DNA from: Thermoplasmata archaeon
GTDB lineage: Archaea > Thermoplasmatota > Thermoplasmata > Lutacidiplasmatales > UBA184
NCBI GenBank assembly: GCA_028864975.1
Contig: JAGWLG010000036.1
Coordinates: 1 to 36,258, forward strand
Length of the DNA: 36,258 bases
Direction of reading: 5' to 3'
A program made the position numbers and the translations under genes. Shown in pieces: positions 24,869-31,892 of this stretch. The notes under the pieces were generated by a model. The model was not told the DNA's origin, did no database searches, and saw only the letters and a program-made list of their open reading frames with translations. Every line of letters begins with the position of its first letter. Within the stretch, counting starts at the first letter, position 1.

Positions 24869-26803
24869 TCACCCCTTGATCTCGATGCGGCGCAGGGCGA
24901 GGATGGCGAGCACGAGCACCGCCACAGTGTCGACGATGAGCCCCACACTGGACCAGAGGGCCATCTGGTAGGAGCTCGAGGTCCCCCAGACCAGGAGGAA
25001 GCGCAGGACGAAGAAGTAAGGGTTGGTCACGTAGGACTGGGGTAACGAGGTCACGAAGACCGTCCCCGTGGGTTGCAGCAAGAAGAGCCGCGTCCCCGAG
25101 AGGGTCAAGAAGGCGCTGTCGAGAGGAAAGAAGTAGCTGACCCAGGCCCCCGCCGCCTTCCCTACGAGCAGACCCAGGAAGAGGAAGAGGGTCACAAGAT
25201 GGCTCGCGTTCTTCGAGCGCTTCACCAGGGTGCTGAAGAGGAGGGCAAGGGCGCTGACGAACCCCAGCATCAGCGAGAGGTCGAGCGCGATCCACGGTGC
25301 ATCCAGGACGGCCTGCTGAGGTCCGTCGAACATGGTGGACAGGGCGACCACGACCCCCACCGCGAGGAAGCTCAGGGCGGTGAGGAGGCCCATCTTGACG
25401 AACCACTTGCCGAGGAGCAGTTCCGAGCGTCTCAGCGGTTGTTGGAGGAGGGCGCCGAGGGTCCCCTTGTCGCGCTCCCGGGCGATGGACTCGACCCCTG
25501 AGGGACGTCCTGCCCACATCGCCACCGGCAGGATACCGAAGCCGTTCAGCGCAAGGATAGCGTCCAGCCAGACCGTGGACCGAGAGAGGGGAGGACCGCC
25601 ACCGGAGCCCTGCCCGCCATTGTTGAGAGCCGAAGGCGGTCCCGAACGTGGGAAGGTGCCCAGGAACGCGGGAGGGACCGCGCATGCGCCCGAGGTGGTG
25701 GATTCCGTGAGGACGGAACCCGTCCGCGCGTCCACGCTGGCGGTGAAGTTCGCTCCGGTCCCCCCACCCCCGGGCGCACAAGTGGTGAAGAGCACGCTCC
25801 AGTCCCCGGTCGACCGGAGCGAGAAAGAGGAGCTCGCGCGGGGATGCGAAGAGAGGTAGGGGGAGTCGAAGCGGAGAAGCGACGTGGCGGCCTCGGTGCT
25901 GTTCACGGGGAAGCGTTCGGAGGTCCCTGACCCGTAGACCGCTGACCCGCACGTGTCGTTTACTCCACCAATCAGCGTGGCCCTCCCCCCTTGGACGGAG
26001 ACGAAGAGCCACCCGGTCCCGAAACCTGCAGTGAGCTGCACGAGCCAGGAACCCTCCCGGCCGTTCGAGTAGTTGCCGGTCGAGGCGGGAACCGTCGGCC
26101 ACCTCCCGGTCCCACCGGTGAGCTCGCAGATTCCATCGCTCGCGGCCGAGGAGTTGGTCGATGCCGCCGTCAGGTCCTCACCGACGACCCCCCCAGGAAG
26201 CCACCCTGAACCGTCGACCGCGGTCCAGTTGCCTCCCAAGCTGTCGGCCACCGACTCCGCCGCGGTGATGGCCTGCGCATCATCGAGGCCACCGCCAGCC
26301 CCGGGGATGGGTGCGAAGCGGACCCCCTGGGTGAGGGGAGCGCCCTGGACCAGGAGGTCTCCCTGGACGGGTTCTGCGAAAAGAGTGGTGGCGTGCGAGG
26401 CCGCTGTTCCCACGGTGAAGTTGTAGGTGCCGTTCGGCAGGTAGACCTGGAGGCTACCCGCGGTGGTGTTCATCACCTGGGGCGCGAGGTCTCCCCCACC
26501 GACGGTGATGGTCCAGGACTGCCCGGCGGGGAGCCCGGCGCTCACAAAGGTGACGAGCTCCCCCGGGGCCCTTGTCGGTGCGACCATTGAGGCCATCAGG
26601 AGCACACCGATGATGGCGAGCCCGAGGAGGAAAGCGGCGGTCAGGTAGACCCAGAACTTCCTCAGGTCCCACTTGAGCTCGTAGAGCGCGACAGCGCCCA
26701 AGCGCGCGAAGAGGTTCGGTGGGCGGGCCCGCACCCGGGAAAGCCGCGGACCCGCCGCGCGGGCGGGAGAGCCACCCCCACCGGTCGCTGGTCCCAGGGC
26801 CAC
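24869..26803 (-). CDS. ABC-2 type exporter permease with a large extracellular insertion
   Basis: YELKWDLRK N-terminus plus one TM, then a ~320-aa hydrophilic insert, then SIARERDKGTLGALLQQPLRRSELLLGKW and several TMs. Its stop abuts the ATPase ATG. Confidence 0.88.
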   Translation of the reverse strand: MALGPATGGGGSPARAAGPRLSRVRARPPNLFARLGAVALYELKWDLRKFWVYLTAAFLLGLAIIGVLLMASMVAPTRAPGELVTFVSAGLPAGQSWTITVGGGDLAPQVMNTTAGSLQVYLPNGTYNFTVGTAASHATTLFAEPVQGDLLVQGAPLTQGVRFAPIPGAGGGLDDAQAITAAESVADSLGGNWTAVDGSGWLPGGVVGEDLTAASTNSSAASDGICELTGGTGRWPTVPASTGNYSNGREGSWLVQLTAGFGTGWLFVSVQGGRATLIGGVNDTCGSAVYGSGTSERFPVNSTEAATSLLRFDSPYLSSHPRASSSFSLRSTGDWSVLFTTCAPGGGGTGANFTASVDARTGSVLTESTTSGACAVPPAFLGTFPRSGPPSALNNGGQGSGGGPPLSRSTVWLDAILALNGFGILPVAMWAGRPSGVESIARERDKGTLGALLQQPLRRSELLLGKWFVKMGLLTALSFLAVGVVVALSTMFDGPQQAVLDAPWIALDLSLMLGFVSALALLFSTLVKRSKNASHLVTLFLFLGLLVGKAAGAWVSYFFPLDSAFLTLSGTRLFLLQPTGTVFVTSLPQSYVTNPYFFVLRFLLVWGTSSSYQMALWSSVGLIVDTVAVLVLAILALRRIEIKG

Positions 26804-27086
26804 GTGGAGCGGGTGGGCCCTGGCTATTTGAGCATACGTTCTCGCGGTGCTTCATGTGGGTAAACTACGAGATCGTAGGGGAGATCCGGCGCTCAGGTGC
26901 ATCGTGTGCAGATTGCCGAACTCTTCCGAAGGAGTGGAAGGGAAGTCCCGGCGGTCCGTTGTCCGGATCGACCGGGCCGTCAATGCCCCGTGGGTGGACC
27001 TTGAGCGGAAGCACTCGCCAGAGCGTCCTCCCCTTGTTCTTATGGCGGGAGGAAGCCTTCCCTCGACGACCCGAAGGGCGGGAAGA

Positions 27087-27302
27087 TCAGTCGATGTAGC
27101 CCAACGATCGGAGCCGTCCCTTCACCCGAGCCTCATCCTCGGGAGAAAGGGGCTCACCGCTCTTCGAGGGACCTTCGACCAACCGTGCGAGAACGAAGGA
27201 GACGAAATCGTCCACGGAGGAGAACGCGCTCCCCTTGAGGCGAGCCTGAACTCGGTCCCGAAGCTCCTGGGAGATCTGGACCGGGACGGTCGCTTCGGGC
27301 AA
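27087..27302 (-). CDS. Ribbon-helix-helix (CopG-like) regulator with C-terminal RLRSLGYID tail
   Basis: TVPVQISQELRDRVQARL..SAFSSVDDFVSFVL RHH pattern and an LSPEDEARVKGRLRSLGYID tail. TTG 27302 is preceded by GAGG; GTG 27332 is an alternative start. Confidence 0.82.
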   Translation of the reverse strand: MPEATVPVQISQELRDRVQARLKGSAFSSVDDFVSFVLARLVEGPSKSGEPLSPEDEARVKGRLRSLGYID

Positions 27303-27321
27303 CGGGGTCCTCGCCGGGACC

Positions 27322-28239
27322 CTACTCCTCACGACCTATAATCCGTCCCAGCCGACGGAACGCGTGGCGGAGGGTCACGTCGGTCACCTGGGCCACGCGG
27401 GCGACGTCGCTCTGGCGCCGTGGCTCTCCGCATTCGACAGAGGCAAGGTAGAGGGCTGCCCCCGCGAGCCCGTTCGGAGAGACCCCGCAAGCATCCGGGT
27501 GGTCGCCGATGCCGTCCAGGATGTTGAGCGCCTTCCCGAGGGTCTGGGAGGAGAGCTTGAGCTCGGTCGAGAAGCGCCGGACGTAGGTCCCCAGGCCGAC
27601 CGGCGGGAGGTCCAAGTTCAGCCCACGCCGGAGCGCCATGTACGCCCGGCCGAACTCGGCCCGGGTGATGTTCGAGGCCTCCGAGATCTCGCTCCACGTC
27701 CGGGGGAGAGAGTAGCGGCGGCACGCAGCGTAGACGGAGGCTCCTGCGGCGGCGGCCGCCGAGCGCCCGCGGAAGAGCCGCGCTTCGCCTCCCTTGGCGA
27801 GGACCAGGAGCGCCGCGTCCTGGACCAGAGGAGGGAGGCTGAGCGAGACGGAAAGGCGACGGATGATCTCCTCTCCCTTGAGGCTCATCCCGGGTCTCGC
27901 ATTGACACGGGTCGAACCCTCCCTGGCGCGTCGACGAAGGAGTCGGAACTCCCTCTGGGCGGAGGGGGCGAGACGGTTCCCTTGGGCGTCTCGGTTGCCT
28001 GGGAAGACCGTGTCGTTCCTGCGTCGAGGGGAGAAGGGGGCCTGCGCCGGGCCATGCCCGTGCGGGGCGCCCGGCTCGGAAGAGGTGCGGGAGAAGCTGG
28101 GGCCCGAGTCGATCACCATCGACTCAAGCACGAGACCACAGTGCGGACAGACGAGCTCACCCGTGCGCCCCTCGCGGACGACGCGAGGGTTGCCACACCC
28201 AGGGCAATTTCCCCCGCTAAGGCCTGTAGCGACCGACAT
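27322..28239 (-). CDS. tfb: Transcription initiation factor IIB (divergent paralog)
   Basis: Zn ribbon CPGCG...VCPHCG, cyclin repeats LFRGRS...VYAACR...PRT and GLAGAALYLAS, and the C-terminal VARVAQVTDVTLR helix-turn-helix. Start moved to ATG 28239. Confidence 0.9.
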   Translation of the reverse strand: MSVATGLSGGNCPGCGNPRVVREGRTGELVCPHCGLVLESMVIDSGPSFSRTSSEPGAPHGHGPAQAPFSPRRRNDTVFPGNRDAQGNRLAPSAQREFRLLRRRAREGSTRVNARPGMSLKGEEIIRRLSVSLSLPPLVQDAALLVLAKGGEARLFRGRSAAAAAGASVYAACRRYSLPRTWSEISEASNITRAEFGRAYMALRRGLNLDLPPVGLGTYVRRFSTELKLSSQTLGKALNILDGIGDHPDACGVSPNGLAGAALYLASVECGEPRRQSDVARVAQVTDVTLRHAFRRLGRIIGREE

Positions 28240-28400
28240 GGAGGATCGAGGGGCGCGCTCCTCGTTCGCCCTTGAACGGAAGTGGTCATCAGGGTTCTTA
28301 GTCTTTGTTCCTTCAATCACAGCGACGCATGGCACGCTGACGGACGGTGCCCGAAGGGGTCCCAGCAGAGCGGTTTCCTGCGTTTTTGTTGGGTTCGTAC

Positions 28401-28407
28401 ATAAATA
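28401..28407 (+). promoter_or_regulatory. TATA-box candidate for dppB
   Basis: ATAAATA, preceded by a T-rich tract, in the tfb/dppB divergent spacer. Confidence 0.5.
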
Positions 28408-28475
28408 GGGTGTCCGGGAGCGTCGGTACCGGAGGCGCTTCTCTCGACTCGAGAGAGGGACGAGCGGTCGGGTTC

Positions 28476-29755
28476 GTGAAATTCTGGGCCTACCTCTCGC
28501 GCAGGGCGCTGCTGGCCCTTCCGGTCCTCGTCGGCGTGGTCACGCTCACCTTCTTGGTCATCCAGTCGGTTCCTATCGACGAGCGGCTCGCCGCCTGTGT
28601 TCCAGAGCCCAAGACCGGATGGCCCCCGACGGGAGCCCGGAGTGGAGAACGTTGGTCCACCTCTGTGGTCTCGACGCCCCCGTCTGGACCCAGTATGCGA
28701 GCTACGTCGACCATGCGTTCACCGGGCAATGGGGGTTCGTCTCCAACCATAGCGGGATGATCGGTTCCGTGCCCGCCGTGAAAGGCTGCGAGCTCCTGAG
28801 CGTCTCCCAGCAGGAGCACGGTTGCGAGGTCATGACCCTCGTGGAGAATTGGCTCCCCTACACGCTCGAGCTGGCCGTGCTCTCGCTCCTATTGATTCTG
28901 CTTCTCGCCCTTCCGATCGGCACCCTTGCCGCAGCGAGGAGGAACCGGGCCCTGGACCAGGCGAGCCGGGTCTTCTCCTTCAGCGGGTTCGCGCTCCCCT
29001 CGTTCTTGCTAGGCGCCCTCGTGATCCTGCTCCTCTACACGAGCCTGGCCGCTGCCAATCCGTACTCCCCGGGGAACCCCTTCGCTTGCGACAACAGCTC
29101 CTTCGAGCAGATCTACGGCAGCTGGCACCCCGCGTTGAGCCAGTGCTACTACCAGCACCTCGGGAGCGGCGGGTCGACGATGATGTGGGGCGGCCAACCT
29201 TCCTACACGAACGCCCTGTGGGGGACCTCTCCGACCGGTCTCCCTACGCTCGACGCCTTCTGGTACGCGGCCGGCCACACTCCTCCCCCCGGGATGCCGG
29301 GCGGGCGCTACTTCTTCTGGGACCTGGCGATCGACCACGTCCTTCGTCTGGTCCTCCCCGCCCTGACGATCGCCTACGGGGCCGTCGCCGGGCTCCTGCG
29401 GTTCGTCCGGAACTCCATGCTCGAGGTGATGAGCCTGGACTTTGTCCGGACCGCGCGCGCGAAGGGGGTACCCGAGCGAGAGGTGGTCCGACGCCATGCC
29501 GGGCGGAACTCCCTGAACGTCACCGTCACGGTCCTCGGACTCACGTTCGCAACGTTCCTGGGAGGTTTCGCCGTCACGGAGTCGTTGTTCAATCTCTACG
29601 GCGTTGGGGCGCTCTTCGCCTACTCCGTCCTCACGCCGCCGGACATCGGGACCATCTTCGGCACCACGGTCCTCTTCACGGTCATCATCATCGGCGCGAA
29701 CCTCATCGTGGATGTGGTCTACGGTCTCTTGGACCCACGCGTCCGGCTGGGGTAG
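28476..29755 (+). pseudogene. dppB: Peptide/nickel ABC transporter permease (DppB/OppB family) split by a one-base frameshift
   Basis: The N-terminus (GTG 28476, KFWAYLSRRALLALPVLVGVVTLTF) is in one frame. The remainder (LDAPVWTQY, PYTLELA, RFVRNSMLEVMSLDFVRTARAKG, DPRVRLG) is in another. One extra C in the C5 run at 28623-28627 would join them. May be a sequencing error. Confidence 0.8.
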
Positions 29756-29756
29756 C

Positions 29757-30731
29757 TCACTCCCACTCTATGGTGGCGGGCGGCTTGTCCGTGATGTCGT
29801 AGAGGACCCGGCTCACCTTCCCGGAGAGCTCCCGAGTGATGCGCTCGGAGATCCGGCGCAGCACGTCGTGCGGGATCGCTACCGCGGTGGCGGTCATCGC
29901 GTCGATCGATTCCACGGCCCGGACGGACACCGCGTCGGCGTGGGTCCGGACGTCCCCGATGACCCCCACCGTGCGCACGGGCAGGAGCGTCGCGAAGTAC
30001 TGCCAGGGAAGTGGCATCTTCCCGTCGTGGGCCGCGCGCTCCACCTCTTCCTCCACCACCGCGCAGGCCACCCGGGCGATCTCCGTGCGCTCGGGAGTGA
30101 CCTCCCCCACGACCCTCACCGCGAGGCCCGGCCCGGGGAAGGGCTGCCGTTCGGGGGCGGGGACCTTCAGGTGCCGTGCCAACGTCCGGACCTCGTCCTT
30201 GTAGAGGTCGCGGAGAGGCTCGACGACCTTGAGCTTCATGTCCGGGGGCAGCCCGCCCACGTTGTGGTGCGTCTTGATCGTGTCGCGGGCGCTCGGGCCG
30301 CCCTTCCCCTCCGCGGCACTCCCGCTCTCGATCCAGTCCGGGGCAATGGTCCCCTGCACGAGATAGTCGGCGTGGAGGGCGACCGCTTCCTTCTCGAAGA
30401 CGCGGATGAACGTCTCGCCGATGCTCTTTCGCTTCTTCTCTGGGTCGGTGACGCCCTTCAGGACCCGGAAAAAGTCCGAGGCGGCCGGCACGACCCGGTG
30501 AGGGACCCCAGCCCCGTTCAGCACCTCTTCGGTCTTCGCGACCTCCCCCCGGCGCAGGAGCCCCGTGTCGATGAAAAGGGCGGTCGCCCGCTCTCCCAAG
30601 GCCTTCGTGACAACGACCGCGGCGACGGTGCTGTCGATCCCCCCCGAGGCCGCGACGATGGCCTTGCTGGGAGCCGGCACCGCGGCCTGGACCTTCGGGA
30701 TGGCCTCGTCGAGGAACCGCTCGGGGTCCAT
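29757..30731 (-). CDS. guaAB: GMP synthase, ATP pyrophosphatase subunit B
   Basis: ASGGIDS PP-loop, DTGLLR, LVQGTIAPDWIES, IKTHHNVGGLP, PFPGPGLAVR and YDITDKPPATIEWE. Confidence 0.97.
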   Translation of the reverse strand: MDPERFLDEAIPKVQAAVPAPSKAIVAASGGIDSTVAAVVVTKALGERATALFIDTGLLRRGEVAKTEEVLNGAGVPHRVVPAASDFFRVLKGVTDPEKKRKSIGETFIRVFEKEAVALHADYLVQGTIAPDWIESGSAAEGKGGPSARDTIKTHHNVGGLPPDMKLKVVEPLRDLYKDEVRTLARHLKVPAPERQPFPGPGLAVRVVGEVTPERTEIARVACAVVEEEVERAAHDGKMPLPWQYFATLLPVRTVGVIGDVRTHADAVSVRAVESIDAMTATAVAIPHDVLRRISERITRELSGKVSRVLYDITDKPPATIEWE

Positions 30732-30756
30732 GATGCCCTCCCCACCGAGCCGCTCC

Positions 30757-30791
30757 CTTAAGCGTCGCGAGCCTCGACCCCCGGGTATAAG
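30757..30791. promoter_or_regulatory. Back-to-back TATA elements for guaAB (CTTAAG 30757-30762) and the VOC gene (TATAAG 30786-30791)
   Basis: Each lies 26-38 nt from its start codon. GAGGTG SD-like sequence precedes ATG 30824. Confidence 0.6.
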
Positions 30792-30823
30792 GCCCCCGGG
30801 CCGGTCCTCCCTCGAGGTGCGTC

Positions 30824-31201
30824 ATGGTGGGAAAGCTCAAGCTCAAGCCCTACAGCGTCGCCGTTGTCGTCAAGGACCGGAAGCGCTCGCTCCGTTGGTA
30901 CCACGAGAAGCTGGGACTCGACATCCTCGCGGACCACGAGCACTGGGCGGTCGTCGGTTCGAAGAAGCAAGGGGTCGCGCTGCACCTCTGTGCGGTCCGC
31001 GAGTTCGACCCGCGGGGGAGGCTGGAGAAGGGGAACACCGGGATCCTTCTGCGGACGGACCGGGACATCGAGCGCACCTACCGCGAGCTCCGCAAGCGGG
31101 GGGTCAAGTTCTCCCTCCCCCCGACGAAAGAGGACTGGGGTTGGGCCTGCACGCTCGTCGACCCCGACGGGAACGAGATCCGCCTCGCACCTTCCTGGTA
31201 G
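30824..31201 (+). CDS. VOC/glyoxalase/bleomycin-resistance family protein
   Basis: VAVVVKD.KRSLRWYHEKLGL and DIERTYRELRKRGVKF...WGWACTLVDPDGNEI. Confidence 0.9.
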   Translation: MVGKLKLKPYSVAVVVKDRKRSLRWYHEKLGLDILADHEHWAVVGSKKQGVALHLCAVREFDPRGRLEKGNTGILLRTDRDIERTYRELRKRGVKFSLPPTKEDWGWACTLVDPDGNEIRLAPSW

Positions 31202-31220
31202 GGCGCTCGCGCGAACGGCC

Positions 31221-31859
31221 GTGAGCGAGGTGGACCACGCGCTGAGGGAGCGGTTGCTTCGCCGCGGGCTGAAGTTCGCGGGTTTGCTCATCCTCGTCTA
31301 CTACCTCCTGCCCAAGAAGATCTTCGGGGTCCCCGTCTACTGGTCGATCCCGCTGGGGGCCGCGGTCGTCCTGGTCGTCGAGGTCGCCCGTCTCTCCGGT
31401 CTGCTGCCGATCCCCGCCCTGCGCGATTACGAGCGCGGCCGACCCGCGGGATATGTCTACTGGGGCGCCTCCCTCGCAATCCTCGTCGCCTTTTTCCCCG
31501 AGAGCTTCGCTGTCGCCGCCCTGGTGGCCTCCTCGGTCGCCGACGTGCTCGCAGGGGAGCTCCGTCGCACGGGAAAGCTGGACCCTGTTCGGGCGCGGAT
31601 ACTGGGCGCGTACTGGCCCTTCGCGCTCGTGGCGCTTCCCCTCCTCGCCGCCCTCTCCCCAGAGGGAGCGCTCTTCTCGGCCCTTCTCGCGCTCGCGGGG
31701 GCGGTCCCTGCAGCGCTCATCGAAGGGCGCATCATGGGCGCCCTGGACGACGACCTGCTGATGCCGTTGTTGGCCGCCCTCGTGTGGGTCGGCCTAGTCA
31801 GCGTTCTCCCGGGCGCGGTCCCTCTGGGCTTCCACCTTCCCTGGTTGAGCCGCGGCTAG
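31221..31859 (+). CDS. Dolichol/phytol-kinase-like (CTP-transferase family) membrane protein
   Basis: Hydrophobic protein with RDYERGRPAGYVYW, S.ADVLAG and LDDDLLMPL motifs. Start moved to GTG 31221. Confidence 0.68.
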   Translation: MSEVDHALRERLLRRGLKFAGLLILVYYLLPKKIFGVPVYWSIPLGAAVVLVVEVARLSGLLPIPALRDYERGRPAGYVYWGASLAILVAFFPESFAVAALVASSVADVLAGELRRTGKLDPVRARILGAYWPFALVALPLLAALSPEGALFSALLALAGAVPAALIEGRIMGALDDDLLMPLLAALVWVGLVSVLPGAVPLGFHLPWLSRG

Positions 31860-31892
31860 CGGGTGGACCCACGCCCCAAGGGGCGGTCCCGC

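Noticed and set aside
27051-27086. Nested hairpins after the RHH gene (GGAAG-C-CTTCC; CTTCCC...GGGAAG)
   Set aside because: Short GC stems with no U-tract, which are common by chance. Not enough to call a terminator or ncRNA.
26847-27341. 164-aa plus-strand ORF with a CIVC motif in the permease/RHH gap
   Set aside because: It runs antisense through the whole RHH gene and has only one CxxC and no other support.
29757-30731. GMP synthase lacking its glutaminase domain
   Set aside because: Split guaAA/guaAB genes are normal in many archaea.
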